Source: Nannocystis bainbridge
GTDB taxonomy: Bacteria > Myxococcota_A > Polyangia > Nannocystales > Nannocystaceae
Direction of reading: 5' to 3'
NCBI RefSeq assembly: GCF_028368995.1
Contig: NZ_JAQNDL010000002.1
Coordinates: forward strand, 673,724 to 737,723
Length of the DNA stretch: 64,000 nucleotides
Shown: piece by piece, positions 12,302-25,881 of the stretch
Position numbering within the stretch: position 1 is the stretch's first letter
Layout of the letters: the number at the start of each line of letters is the position of its first letter
The notes under the pieces: generated by a model
The model's input: only the letters and a program-made list of their open reading frames with translations
What the model was told of the DNA's origin: nothing
Databases searched by the model: none
Translations under genes and position numbers: made by a program

Positions 12302-14209
12302 GTGGCCAACTACTTCGACGACAACGAAGACCTCCAGTTCTACATGGATCGCGGGCTCGACTGGGCCCCGATCGTCGGGCTCGTCGAGCAGGACTTCCGC
12401 GTCCCGGGCGGCTACGCGTCGCTCGACGAGGCGCGCTCGGCCTATCGCGACATCCTCGGCATGGTCGGCGAGTTCGCGGCCGAGCAGGTCGCGCCGCGGT
12501 CGATGGCCATCGATCAAAAGGGCGTGTCCCTGAAGGACGGCGAGGGCCACCTCGCGCCCGAGACTGACGCCCTGTTCGAGCAGATCAAGGGCCTCGACCT
12601 CCACGGCCTGGCGCTGCCGCGCGAGCTCGGCGGTATCGGCTGCCCGGCGGTCGTGCACTTCATGGTGTGCGAGCTGATGGCGCGGGCCGACAACGTCGTC
12701 ATGACGCACTACAACTTCTACAGCGGCATCGCCCTGATGCTGCTTCTGTACTCGGTGCACGAGGGCTCGACCACCTTCGACCGCGAGCAGCGCGTCATCA
12801 CCGGCACCCGCTTCCAGCCCGAGATCGCCGAGATCCTGCGCGGCGACGCGTGGGGCAGCATGGACATCACCGAGCCCGACGCCGGCAGCGACATGGCCGC
12901 GCTCCAGGCCCGCGCCGAGCAGGACGAAGAGGGCAACTGGTTCATCACCGGCCAGAAGATCTTCCTGACCTCCGGCCACGGCAAGCACCACATCGTCATC
13001 GCCCGCACCGAGCCCGACAAGCCCGGCCTCGGCGGCCTGTCGCTGTTCCACGTCCCCGCCTACGAGGACATGCCCGACGGGACCCGGCGCCGGATCGCCG
13101 TCATCGACCGCCTCGAGGAGAAGCTCGGCCACCACGGCTCGGCCACCGCCGCCGTCAGCTTCGAGCGCGCGCCGGGGCGCCTGCTCGGCAAGCGCGGCGA
13201 GGGCTTCCAGCTCATGCTGCTGCTGATGAACAACGCCCGCGTCGGCGTCGGCTTCGAGTCGATCGGCCTGTGCGAGGCCGCCTACCGCAAGGCCAAGGCC
13301 TACGCGGCCGAGCGCCGCAGCATGGGCAAGTCGATCGATCGCCACGAGATGATCGCCGACTTCCTCGACGAGATGCAGACCGAGATCCTCGGCTTGCGCG
13401 CGCTCGCCATGCAGTGCGCCTACCACGAGGAGCTGCACCAGCGCACCAAGATGCAGGGCACCCTCGACACCGACGCCGACAGCCTCGAGCGCGCGCGCGT
13501 GCTCAAGCAGGCCAAGCGCCACGCCAACCGGGCCCGCCGGCTCACCCCGTTGCTCAAGTACATCGCCAGCGAGAAGGCCGTCGAGATGGCGCGCAAGTGC
13601 ATCCAGATCCTCGGCGGCGCCGGCTACGTCCGCGAGTACGGGGCCGAGAAGCTGCTGCGCGACGCCATGGTCCTGCCGATCTACGAGGGCACCAGCCAGA
13701 TCCAGTCGCTCATGGCGATGAAGGACGCGATGAGCAGCATCATGCGCAACCCGCAGCGCTTCCTCACCCGCGTCGCCCAGGCCCGCTGGCGCAGCCTCTC
13801 GGCCCTCGACGCCCTCGAGCGCCGGGTCGCTCGCCTGGTCTCGCTGTCGCTCGCGTCCCAGCAGCACCTGATCCAGCGCACCGCCGCCGACAAGCTGCGC
13901 GGCCTCGGCAAGCACAAGATCGCCGAGTGGTCCAAGGAGTTCTTCCAGAACTGGGACCCCAAGCGCGACTTCGCCTACGCCATGCTGCACGCCGAGCGGC
14001 TGACGCGCCTGATGGCCGACGTCGCGATCGTCGAGATCCTCCTCGAGCAGTCGCGCCGGCATCCCGAACGCCGCAGCATCCTCGAGCGCTGGCTGGAGCG
14101 CGCCGAGCCCCGCTGCAACGCCCTGTTCGAGGAGATCACGACCCGCGGCGACCGCCTCCTGGCCCAGCTCCGCGAGCAGCAGCAGGACGAGGCCGTCTCG
14201 GGCCGCTGA
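12302..14209 (+). CDS. acyl-CoA dehydrogenase family protein (large, about 635 aa)
   Basis: GTG start; ACAD-like middle and C-terminal domains (ITGQKIFLTSG, IYEGTSQIQ, catalytic Glu region), long C-terminal extension. Confidence 0.8.
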   Translation: MANYFDDNEDLQFYMDRGLDWAPIVGLVEQDFRVPGGYASLDEARSAYRDILGMVGEFAAEQVAPRSMAIDQKGVSLKDGEGHLAPETDALFEQIKGLDLHGLALPRELGGIGCPAVVHFMVCELMARADNVVMTHYNFYSGIALMLLLYSVHEGSTTFDREQRVITGTRFQPEIAEILRGDAWGSMDITEPDAGSDMAALQARAEQDEEGNWFITGQKIFLTSGHGKHHIVIARTEPDKPGLGGLSLFHVPAYEDMPDGTRRRIAVIDRLEEKLGHHGSATAAVSFERAPGRLLGKRGEGFQLMLLLMNNARVGVGFESIGLCEAAYRKAKAYAAERRSMGKSIDRHEMIADFLDEMQTEILGLRALAMQCAYHEELHQRTKMQGTLDTDADSLERARVLKQAKRHANRARRLTPLLKYIASEKAVEMARKCIQILGGAGYVREYGAEKLLRDAMVLPIYEGTSQIQSLMAMKDAMSSIMRNPQRFLTRVAQARWRSLSALDALERRVARLVSLSLASQQHLIQRTAADKLRGLGKHKIAEWSKEFFQNWDPKRDFAYAMLHAERLTRLMADVAIVEILLEQSRRHPERRSILERWLERAEPRCNALFEEITTRGDRLLAQLREQQQDEAVSGR

Positions 14210-14310
14210 ATTCACGACTATGACGGCGCCGGCCGGCCTGCCGCGAGCAGGTCGCGCCGGCGCGCGCATTTCGGGCCAGCCGGCGCGAGATCGGGTACCG
14301 TCCGCCCCCC

Positions 14311-15429
14311 ATGGCCGCCCGCTCCCGCACCGCCGAGCCGCGCCCCGCCGCGCGCCGCGTGCAGGGTAGGGCGGCCAGCGCCGAGCCGCGTCCCGCCGCG
14401 CGCCGCGTGAAGGATAAAACGGTGCCCGTCGAGCCGCGCCCCGCCGCGCGCCGCGTGAAGGACAAAACGGCGCCCGCCGAGCCGCGCCCGTCTGCGCGTC
14501 GCGTGCAGGGTGGGGTGGCCACCGCCGACGTCGTCGTGTCCGCGCGCGTCGGCGACAACGCCGAGCTGTTCGCCCAGATCCTCGGCCTGCACGTCCGCCC
14601 CGGCGGCACCGTCGCCGACGTCACCTACGGCCTCGGCGTGTTCTGGCGCCGCGTCCCCGAGGGTCGCTACCGGTTGCTCGCCAGCGACATCGCCCTCAAG
14701 CCCGACGTCCCCGCGCGCGCCGGCGCGAAGTTGACGAGCGGCGTCGACTGTCGCGCCCTGCCGTACGCCGACGTCAGCCTCGACTGCGTCGTGCTCGATC
14801 CGCCCTACATGGAGGGCATGTACCGCCGCAGCGTCGATCACATGGCCGGCTCCGGCACGCACGCCGCCTTCCGCCGCGCCTACTCGGCCGCCGCCGCCAC
14901 CGAGGCCGGGCCCAAGTGGCACGACGCCGTCGTCGACCTCTACGAGAAGGCCTGCCGCGAAGCCGCGCGCGTGCTCGTGCCTGGCGGCACCCTGATCGTC
15001 AAGTGCCAGGACGAGGTCAGCGCCAACAAGCAGCGCCTTACCCACGTCGAGCTGATCACTGGCTGCGAGGCGCTCGGTCTCTACTGCAAGGACCTGTTCG
15101 TGCTCGTGCGCCCCAACAGCCCCGGGGTCAGCCGGCTCAAGGTCCAGGTCCACGCGCGTAAGAACCACTCGTACTTCCTCGTGTTCGAGAAGCGGCGGGT
15201 GGCGATCCGCAGCGTCCGCGACTTCACGGCCGGTGCCGCCGCCAAGCCGACCGACCTGTCCGAAAAGCCAGCCCCGCGCTCGCCCGAAATTGACCTGTCT
15301 CTCGAGACAGCACCATCATCCTCGCGCCAGCTGCCGCTCGTCGACCTGTCCCGAGAGACAGCCATCAAACCCGCCGCCCGGCCGACCGCTCGCCGCTCGC
15401 GCAAGCCGGGGCAGGGGGGCGGCGGTTGA
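14311..15429 (+). CDS. site-specific DNA methyltransferase (N6-adenine/N4-cytosine type, DPPY motif), apparently orphan
   Basis: Motif I-like [11 protein letters not shown] then motif [11 protein letters not shown]; N-terminal 4x tandem about 16-aa repeats EPRPAARRV(K/Q)xKT; C-terminal DLS(L/R)ETA repeats encoded by TGTC..GACA palindromes; no nuclease partner adjacent. Confidence 0.65.
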   Translation: MAARSRTAEPRPAARRVQGRAASAEPRPAARRVKDKTVPVEPRPAARRVKDKTAPAEPRPSARRVQGGVATADVVVSARVGDNAELFAQILGLHVRPGGTVADVTYGLGVFWRRVPEGRYRLLASDIALKPDVPARAGAKLTSGVDCRALPYADVSLDCVVLDPPYMEGMYRRSVDHMAGSGTHAAFRRAYSAAAATEAGPKWHDAVVDLYEKACREAARVLVPGGTLIVKCQDEVSANKQRLTHVELITGCEALGLYCKDLFVLVRPNSPGVSRLKVQVHARKNHSYFLVFEKRRVAIRSVRDFTAGAAAKPTDLSEKPAPRSPEIDLSLETAPSSSRQLPLVDLSRETAIKPAARPTARRSRKPGQGGGG

Positions 15430-15598
15430 GGCGCCGACCGTCGCGCGGCCCAGGCGCGGTTGCCATTTTGGCAAGCGGCCTCGGACGGCCTGACAATTGC
15501 GCGTGACAGACCCGTTCTGGCTCCAGGAGATGCCGTAGAATCATTCGTCTTTCGCCGGGGACCCTGAATTGCACACCGCGGCTTCGACTCGAGCGCCC

Positions 15599-17008
<1,410 letters not shown>

Positions 17009-17017
17009 CGGAGAGCG

Positions 17018-18079
17018 ATGGAAGCCGTCTTCAAGCAGCACTTCTGGGTCGTCAAGGCGCTCGGCCTGAGCGTCGCCGCTGCGTTCGCCGCGTCGGCGGT
17101 CACCACCTGGCTCGGCACCTCGTACATCTACGATCCGCCGAGCGACGAGGTGGAGGCGACCGGCGGCACCGACACCGACGGCGCCGTCAAGGACGAGGAA
17201 GAGGACGAGGAGGACAAGCCGATCATCAACCCACGGTTGATGTCGAGCCCCTCGCGTGGGCCGAGCGCCGCCGACCGCAACAAGGTCACGCAGACCATCC
17301 TCTCGCTCAACCTGTTCTGCCCGACCTGCACCAAGGTCGTCACGCCCGAGACCGGCCCCGGCGGCTCCGTGATCACGCCCGACCTCGGCCCCGGCGACCT
17401 GCCCCAGGTCGCGGGCGGCAAGCAGCCGGGCGAGGGACCGTGCACGCAGCCGCTGCGGCTCATCGCCACGATGGAGACCAACATGCCCGAGTACTCGTGG
17501 GCGACCATCCGCGACGAAGAGGACGGCAGCGTCGGCCCTTACTGGCCCGGCGATCGCATCCGTACGGGCGTCTACCTCGTCAGCGTCGAGCGCAGCCTCG
17601 TGCACGTCAAGAACGGCGGCGCGCTCGAGTACATCGAGCTCGGCGTCGAGCCGCCGAAGCCCTCGGCCAAGCCGTTGCAGGTGGCCGAAAAGAAGGAAGA
17701 CGCCCCGCCGGCCGCGGGCGCGCTGCCCGGGGCCGAGGACGCGATCAAGTGCGAGAGCGAGAACTCGTGCACCGTCGATCGCATGTTCATCGACAGCCTG
17801 TTCGCCAACCCCGCCGCGCTGACCAAGCAGGCGCGGGTGATGCCGTCGATCAAGGACGGCGAGACCAAGGGCTTCAAGTTCTACGGGATCCGCCCGGGCA
17901 GCCTGCCCAAGCTGCTCGGCATGAAGAACGGCGACCTCCTCACCTCGGTCAACGGCATCGAGCTGAAGTCGGTCGACCAGGTCATGGGCCTTTTGACCAA
18001 GATGCGCAGCGCCAGCAACCTCCAGGTCACGATTGAGCGCAAGGGCGAGTCGATCACCAAGGACATCACGATCCAATGA
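17018..18079 (+). CDS. gspC: type II secretion system protein GspC-like (N-terminal TM, C-terminal PDZ)
   Basis: Position immediately upstream and overlapping gspD; N-terminal TM helix, acidic linker, C-terminal PDZ domain (GMKNGDLLTSVNGIELKS). Confidence 0.6.
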   Translation: MEAVFKQHFWVVKALGLSVAAAFAASAVTTWLGTSYIYDPPSDEVEATGGTDTDGAVKDEEEDEEDKPIINPRLMSSPSRGPSAADRNKVTQTILSLNLFCPTCTKVVTPETGPGGSVITPDLGPGDLPQVAGGKQPGEGPCTQPLRLIATMETNMPEYSWATIRDEEDGSVGPYWPGDRIRTGVYLVSVERSLVHVKNGGALEYIELGVEPPKPSAKPLQVAEKKEDAPPAAGALPGAEDAIKCESENSCTVDRMFIDSLFANPAALTKQARVMPSIKDGETKGFKFYGIRPGSLPKLLGMKNGDLLTSVNGIELKSVDQVMGLLTKMRSASNLQVTIERKGESITKDITIQ

Positions 18080-20496
18080 CCGCGCGTAGCACCCCGATCC
18101 GCCCGAATGCCTTGGGCCTCGTCTCTCTCGGTTTCGCCGCACTCACCCTCGGCCCGACCTCCGTCTCCGCGTCCACGCAGGACCCGACCACCGGCAGCCG
18201 CGGCGGCGAGCTGATCGGCGACGAAGGCGGCGGTACGCCCGGCGGCGGCCCGATCCCGTTCAACACGTGCAAGAAGACCCCGCGCGGGGCCAAGTTCACG
18301 ATCACGTTGCCGAAGGAGACCGAGCTCGAGGATCTCGTCAACTGGATCATGTCGATCACGTGTCAGAAGTTCATCTGGGACCGCAAGGTGCGGTCCGGCA
18401 AGGTGACGATCCTGTCGCCCGAGCCGGTCACGGCCGAGGAGGCGTACGCCGCCTTCTACGCCGCGCTCGAGACGATGGGCCTGACCGTCGAGCCCTCGGG
18501 TCGGTACTTCAAGATCGTCGAGACCACCGACGCCAAGAACCGCACCCTGCCGACCTACGGCGACGACGCCAGCGCGCCCAACAGCGACCGCTTCGTCACC
18601 AAGCTGCTGCGCGTCAAGCACGGCAACAGCAAGGAGATCAGCGACGTCCTCGGCCAGCTCAAGAGCAAGTCGGGCAGCGTCGACCTGGTCGGTAACCTCG
18701 TCATCATCACCGACAAGGGCTCGATGGTGCGGCGGCTCGAGACCTTCGTCGCCGAGCTCGATCAGCCGATGGGCAGCGAGAAGATCTTCTTCTACCAGCT
18801 GCAGTACGCCAACGCCGAGGAGGTCGCGCAGATCATCCGCGACATCTTCGGCGAGTCCAAGGCCAGCGGCGGCGGCGGCGGCAGCACCGGCGGCGCGGGG
18901 GCCGGCCGCGCCGGTCGGCGGGCCAGCGGGGGCGGGGGCGGGGGCGGCGGCGCGACGGACTCGGCGATCAGCCGCGTCATCGTCGACGAGCGCAGCAGCA
19001 CCCTCATCATCGTCACCACCGAGTCCGACTACTTCGTCATCCGCAAGCTGATCGAGCGCCTCGACGTCAAGCTGCCCGGCGGCGGCGGCCGGATCCACGT
19101 CTACAAGCTCAAGAACGCCGACGCCACCGAGGTCGCGCAGGTGCTCTCGCAGCTGGCCACCGGCGCCAAGCAGGCCGCCCAGGCCTCGGCGCAGGGCGGG
19201 CAGAAGCCGCCCGCGGGCAACCCCGTCAGCGCCGACCTGTTCTCGGGCGACGTCAAGGTCACGCCCGATCCTGCGACGCGCTCGCTCGTCATCATCGCCT
19301 CCGCGGGCGACTACAAGAACCTCGAGCCCGTGATCGAGAAGCTCGACCGCGAGCGGCGCCAGCTCTACATCGAGATCTACATGCTCGAGGTGAGCATCAA
19401 GCATCAGACCGACGCCGGCGCCGGCGGCCACTTCGGCTACCCGATCAGCACCAGCCTCGGTGGCACCGAGGGCACCGCGATCGGCCTGGTGAGCAGCGCC
19501 CCGACGCCCGCGCTCAACTCGCTGCTGCTCTCGCCCGACTCGCTGAAGAACTTCACTCTCGGCCTCATCGGCCCCCCGCTGCTCAACTCGGGCACCATCC
19601 TCGGCACCGGCCGCGACGTGCCCGCCTTCGGCGCCGTCATCCAGGCGCTGCAGAGCAACAGCGACGTCAACGTCGTCAGCGAGCCGCACATGTACGCGGC
19701 CGATAACCAGGAGGCCACCATCGAGGTCGGCCGCAACGTCCCGACCCCGGGCGCCCTGTCCTTCGGGGCAGGTGGCGGCGGCGGCACCGGCCTGGTCCCG
19801 CTGCAGTCGGTCGAGCGCCAGGACGTCACCCTGCGCATCAAGGTCAAGCCGTACATCAACGACGAGCGCAACGTGACGATGGACGTCGAGGTCGAGGACC
19901 GCGACATCACCGAGAAGGACCCGGTGCTCGGCGTCACCACCACCAAGCGGCGCATCAAGCTCGACAAGATCGTCGGCCGCGACGGTCAGCCGGTCGTGCT
20001 CGGCGGCCTCATCCGCGACCGCGAGAGCGAGAACGTCAAGCAGGTCCCCGGCCTCGGTTCGATCCCGCTCCTGGGCTGGCTGTTCAAGAACCGCGTCAAG
20101 GAGAAGGAGAAGATCAACCTCCTCCTCGTCATGGTCCCGCACATCATCGACAGCCCCGACGACGTGCGCCGGATCCACGAGCGGCGCGACAAGGAGCGGC
20201 TCGAATTCATCGAGCGCGAGACCAACTTCCGCAAGCGCGAGCTCAAGAGCAACATCAACTACCGCAAGAAATCCGGCATCTTGGCCTCGATCGACAAGGA
20301 GGCCCGGCGCATGGAGCAGGAGGAGCTGCTGCTGCGTCGCGCCGAGGAAGAGATGCGGCGCGAGATCATCACTGGCGAGCTCGGCCTGAGCCCGCGCTCG
20401 GCCGCGGCTGACGACAACGTCGGCGGCGAGGGCGGGGGCGGCGGGTCGCCGACCCCGACGGTGAATCCGGCGCCGGTGATCCGCCGCGAGCCCTGA
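18076..20496 (+). CDS. gspD: type II secretion system secretin GspD
   Basis: 806 aa; N0-N3 domains and C-terminal secretin domain (VVLGGLIRDRESENVKQVPGLGSIPLLGWLF). Confidence 0.9.
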   Translation: MTARSTPIRPNALGLVSLGFAALTLGPTSVSASTQDPTTGSRGGELIGDEGGGTPGGGPIPFNTCKKTPRGAKFTITLPKETELEDLVNWIMSITCQKFIWDRKVRSGKVTILSPEPVTAEEAYAAFYAALETMGLTVEPSGRYFKIVETTDAKNRTLPTYGDDASAPNSDRFVTKLLRVKHGNSKEISDVLGQLKSKSGSVDLVGNLVIITDKGSMVRRLETFVAELDQPMGSEKIFFYQLQYANAEEVAQIIRDIFGESKASGGGGGSTGGAGAGRAGRRASGGGGGGGGATDSAISRVIVDERSSTLIIVTTESDYFVIRKLIERLDVKLPGGGGRIHVYKLKNADATEVAQVLSQLATGAKQAAQASAQGGQKPPAGNPVSADLFSGDVKVTPDPATRSLVIIASAGDYKNLEPVIEKLDRERRQLYIEIYMLEVSIKHQTDAGAGGHFGYPISTSLGGTEGTAIGLVSSAPTPALNSLLLSPDSLKNFTLGLIGPPLLNSGTILGTGRDVPAFGAVIQALQSNSDVNVVSEPHMYAADNQEATIEVGRNVPTPGALSFGAGGGGGTGLVPLQSVERQDVTLRIKVKPYINDERNVTMDVEVEDRDITEKDPVLGVTTTKRRIKLDKIVGRDGQPVVLGGLIRDRESENVKQVPGLGSIPLLGWLFKNRVKEKEKINLLLVMVPHIIDSPDDVRRIHERRDKERLEFIERETNFRKRELKSNINYRKKSGILASIDKEARRMEQEELLLRRAEEEMRREIITGELGLSPRSAAADDNVGGEGGGGGSPTPTVNPAPVIRREP

Positions 20497-20521
20497 AGCT
20501 ATCCTGAAGTCGGACACGCCC

Positions 20522-22363
<1,842 letters not shown>

Positions 22364-22369
22364 CCGAGC

Positions 22370-23611
22370 ATGCCGGCGTACGCGTATACGGGCCTTCGCA
22401 AGGACGGCAAGACGGTCAAGGGCGTCGAGTCGGCCGACACGGTCGGCGCGCTCAAGGCCAACCTCAAGCGCGTCGGCATCTTCCTCACCGCGGTCAGCGA
22501 GACCACGGCGCAGGTGGCCTCGGCGGGCGGCGCGGGCATGGGCCGCGAGGTCGACCTCGGGGCGCTGTTCGACCGCGTGTCGCAGAAGACGGTCTCGCGG
22601 ACGACGCGGCTGCTGGCCACGCTGCTGTGCGCCGGCGTCACGCTGCCCGAGTCGCTGTCGGCGATCACCGAGCAGAGCGAGAGCCGGCGGCTCAAGGGCA
22701 TCCTCAGCGACGTCGCCAACAAGGTCAACGAGGGCAGCTCGCTGGCCGACGCCTGCGCCCGCTACCCCGACGTGTTCCAGCCGCTGTTCATCAACATGGT
22801 CCGCGCGGGCGAGGCGTCCGGCTCGCTCGAGACCGTGCTCCTGCGCATCGCCGACTTCATGGATCAGCAGGAGGAGCTGAAGGGCAAGGTCACCTCGGCG
22901 ATGATCTACCCGGCGATCATGACCGTGCTGTCGGGCGGCATCATCACCATGCTGATGCTCAACGTGGTCCCGCAGATCACGGAGATGTTCGAGGGCATGA
23001 ACGCGGACCTGCCGTGGAACACCGCGTTCCTGATCTGGCTCAGCGAGTTCATCGCCTCGTGGTGGGTCATGATCTTGATCGGCATGTTCGGCCTCGTCTG
23101 GCTGTTCCGCCGCTGGCGCAAGACCGACATCGGCCGCGCGACCGGCGACACGATCTTGCTCAAGATGCCGATCGTCGGCGACCTCGCGCGTAAGCTGGCC
23201 ATCGCGCGGTTCGCCCGTACACTTGCGACCATGCTCGCCAGCGGCGTGCAACTGCTCGCGGCGCTCGACATCGTGCGCGCGCTGCTCGGCAACTGGGTGC
23301 TCGAGAAGGTCGTCGCCACCGCGCGCGACAACATCCGCGAGGGCGAGGGCATCGCCCCGGCGCTCAAGCGCAGCGGCGAGTTCCCCGCCCTGGTGACGCA
23401 CATGATCGCGGTCGGCGAGCGCTCCGGCCAGCTCGAGCAGATGCTGACCGACGTCGCCAACGCCTACGACCGCGAGGTCAACACCGCCCTCACGCGCATG
23501 ACCGCGCTGCTGGAGCCCCTCATGATCGTCTTCATGGGCGGCAGCGTCGGCTTCATCGTGTTCTCGATCATGCAGCCGATCATGATGCTCAACGAAATGG
23601 CCGCGCAGTAG
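22370..23611 (+). CDS. gspF: type II secretion inner-membrane platform protein GspF
   Basis: 413 aa, two GspF repeats, three TM segments, typical position after gspE. Confidence 0.9.
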   Translation: MPAYAYTGLRKDGKTVKGVESADTVGALKANLKRVGIFLTAVSETTAQVASAGGAGMGREVDLGALFDRVSQKTVSRTTRLLATLLCAGVTLPESLSAITEQSESRRLKGILSDVANKVNEGSSLADACARYPDVFQPLFINMVRAGEASGSLETVLLRIADFMDQQEELKGKVTSAMIYPAIMTVLSGGIITMLMLNVVPQITEMFEGMNADLPWNTAFLIWLSEFIASWWVMILIGMFGLVWLFRRWRKTDIGRATGDTILLKMPIVGDLARKLAIARFARTLATMLASGVQLLAALDIVRALLGNWVLEKVVATARDNIREGEGIAPALKRSGEFPALVTHMIAVGERSGQLEQMLTDVANAYDREVNTALTRMTALLEPLMIVFMGGSVGFIVFSIMQPIMMLNEMAAQ

Positions 23612-23637
23612 CCCGAGTACCTCAGGAGAGACCACCC

Positions 23638-24084
23638 ATGAACCCGCAACTTCACACCGTCCGCCAGGCCATCCGCCGCCGCCGCAACAGCCGCGGCATG
23701 ACGCTGATCGAGATCCTCGTCGTGCTGGCGATCATCGGCCTCATCGTCGGTGGCGTCAGCGTCGTCGCCTTCAACGCGCTCTCGGACTCCAAGGTCAAGA
23801 TCGCCTACAACGAGGTGGTCGAGATCCAGAAGCTCAGCGAGCAGTACATGCTGCAGAAGAACGACAAGTGCCCGAAGACCATGGCGGACCTCAAGGCCGC
23901 CGGCGTCACGGCGCGCGTCAAGAAGGACCCGTGGGGCGAGGAGTACATCCTGGTCTGCCCCGGCCAGCACGGTCCGGTCGACGTCACCTCCAACGGCCCC
24001 GACAAGAAGCCGGCGGGCGGCGACGACGTCAACAGCTGGGAGGACCTCAAGGAGATCGAGGCCGCCAAGGAGGAGAAGAAGTGA
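23638..24084 (+). CDS. gspG: major pseudopilin GspG
   Basis: Prepilin leader and N-methylation motif RGMTLIEILVVLAIIGL; 148 aa. Confidence 0.9.
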   Translation: MNPQLHTVRQAIRRRRNSRGMTLIEILVVLAIIGLIVGGVSVVAFNALSDSKVKIAYNEVVEIQKLSEQYMLQKNDKCPKTMADLKAAGVTARVKKDPWGEEYILVCPGQHGPVDVTSNGPDKKPAGGDDVNSWEDLKEIEAAKEEKK

Positions 24085-24125
24085 GCGGGCGCTAGCCCGT
24101 TCGCTCTCTCGCCGCGAGGACCGTC

Positions 24126-25115
24126 ATGACCGTGCGGAGCCCCATCACAGCAGCGCGTCGGCGGCGAGGGAGCCTCGGCTTCACGCTGATCGAGGTCCTC
24201 GTGGTCATGGGGATCCTCGCGCTGCTGATCGGCTCCGTGATCACGGGCCTCGGCGCCAGCAAGCAGGCGCAGGTGGCCCGCGTCACCAACCAGCTCGCCA
24301 ACACGATCCGCTTCGCCTACAACAAGGCCCGCGTCACCGGCACCTACTACCGGCTCCTCATCGACATCGACAAGAACAGCTTCACCATGCAGCGCGGCGA
24401 CGACCGCATGTACCTGCCGGCCACCGATCGCTACGGGCGCATCGTGATGGTCGACCCGGGCAAGGTGAAGGAGCGCGAGGAGCGGGACAAGCGGGCCGAG
24501 GAGAACTACAACCGCTCGCTGCAGGCGCGGGTGCTCGACGCGGTCAAGGGCGCGCCGGTCGGCAAGCCCGGCCAGACCATGGGCCCGCTCGGCCAGCCGA
24601 TGGCGAACGTGTCTCAAGGGCCAGGTACGCCGGGGCAGCCGACCAAGGCGGGCACGCCCGCAGCCCCCGGGCAGCCCGCGGCGGCCGGCGCGGCCAAGCC
24701 GAGCACCCCGGCGTCGGCCGGCTCGCTCGACAAGTACATCACCCCGCCGAAGAAGGTCCCGCGGCGCAAGCCGCCGATCTTCGGCGCCTTCGAGGACGAC
24801 AACAGCCTGTCGGAGCTGCGCAAGCCGTTCAAGTTCCCGCCCGAGGTCAAGGTCATCGCCGTACGCACCGCCGAGGACCTCAAGCCGATCACCAAGGGCG
24901 AGGCGAGCCTGTTCTTCTTCCCGCAGGGCCACACCCAGCAGGCGCACATCCACGTGCAAGAGGTCGCCAACCCGGAGAACGAGTTCACGATCATCGTCAA
25001 GCCGCTGACCGGCCGCGTCGAGATCAAGGAGGGCCACGTCGACCTGGCGCTGCCCGACGATCCGACCACCATCCGCGACGACCTCGGCAAGAGGATGAAC
25101 CGGAGGGCGTTCTGA
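24126..25115 (+). CDS. gspH: minor pseudopilin (GspH-like) with prepilin-type N-terminal domain
   Basis: GFTLIEVLVVMGILALL prepilin cleavage/methylation motif; position after gspG; long Pro/Gly-rich insert. Confidence 0.55.
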   Translation: MTVRSPITAARRRRGSLGFTLIEVLVVMGILALLIGSVITGLGASKQAQVARVTNQLANTIRFAYNKARVTGTYYRLLIDIDKNSFTMQRGDDRMYLPATDRYGRIVMVDPGKVKEREERDKRAEENYNRSLQARVLDAVKGAPVGKPGQTMGPLGQPMANVSQGPGTPGQPTKAGTPAAPGQPAAAGAAKPSTPASAGSLDKYITPPKKVPRRKPPIFGAFEDDNSLSELRKPFKFPPEVKVIAVRTAEDLKPITKGEASLFFFPQGHTQQAHIHVQEVANPENEFTIIVKPLTGRVEIKEGHVDLALPDDPTTIRDDLGKRMNRRAF

Positions 25116-25116
25116 C

Positions 25117-25881
25117 ATGACCGCGCCCCGCACCCCTCGTCCGCGCCTGCGCCCGCCCGAGCAGCGCTACGCCGCCGCCGGCTTCACCCTGCTCGAGGTC
25201 ATGATCGCCATGGCCGTGCTGTCGCTGTCGCTGACCTCGATGCTGACGTCGCAGATGGCCAGCCTGCGCGCCACCCGCTACGCGCAGACCATCACCTCGG
25301 TCGCGTTCCTGGCCGACTACCAGCTGATCGAGACCGAGTACATCGTCCGCAAGGAGGGCGGCTGGGTGCTCGAGGACAAGTTCTACGAGGGCACCTTCGC
25401 CGACCAGGGCTGGCCTGACGTCAAGTACAAGTGCATCGTCGACTTCCTCAAGCTGCCCGAGTTCACCGAGCTGCGCGCGGCCAAGGACGACACCGACCGG
25501 GCCAACCGCGGCGAGAGCAGCATGTACTACCGCAGCGCCGCCGATCAGGCGTTCACGGCGCTCGGCATGGTCTGGACCCCGGTCAAGCAGGCCATCGAGC
25601 GCTCGATCCGCAAGGTCAAGTGCACCGTCAAGTGGAAGAACGGCAACCTCGACGAGGAGTTCGTCGTCAACACCTTCTGGGCCGACCCGGAGAAGCTCAA
25701 GCAGCTGCCCGGCCTCGGCGGCGAGGCGAAGGAGGGCGACCTCGGCGACGACAAGCCGCAGGGCGGCAGCGGCGGCGCCGGCAGCGGCACCGGCACGCCT
25801 TCGACCGGCGGCGGCGCGGGCCGGCAGCCGGCGGGCGGCGCCACGGGCTCCAACATGGGCATGGGAGGCGGGCGGCGATGA
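25117..25881 (+). CDS. gspI: minor pseudopilin (GspI-like)
   Basis: AAGFTLLEVMIAMAVLSL prepilin-type N-terminus; gene order. Confidence 0.55.
   Translation: MTAPRTPRPRLRPPEQRYAAAGFTLLEVMIAMAVLSLSLTSMLTSQMASLRATRYAQTITSVAFLADYQLIETEYIVRKEGGWVLEDKFYEGTFADQGWPDVKYKCIVDFLKLPEFTELRAAKDDTDRANRGESSMYYRSAADQAFTALGMVWTPVKQAIERSIRKVKCTVKWKNGNLDEEFVVNTFWADPEKLKQLPGLGGEAKEGDLGDDKPQGGSGGAGSGTGTPSTGGGAGRQPAGGATGSNMGMGGGRR

Noticed and set aside
15440-15570. Sigma-54 promoters upstream of the regulator genes (CTGGCTC-N5-GATGC at about 15500; GGTCAC-N5-TTGTTGC at about 56600; TGGCAG-N5-TGC at about 46520)
   Set aside because: GG/GC elements are off by one nucleotide from the canonical spacing, or a core base is wrong; not callable without a PSSM
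23750-25120. 456-aa plus-strand ORF across gspG/gspH
   Set aside because: Low-complexity Arg/Pro-rich alternative frame overlapping pseudopilin genes with clear prepilin motifs in the called frames
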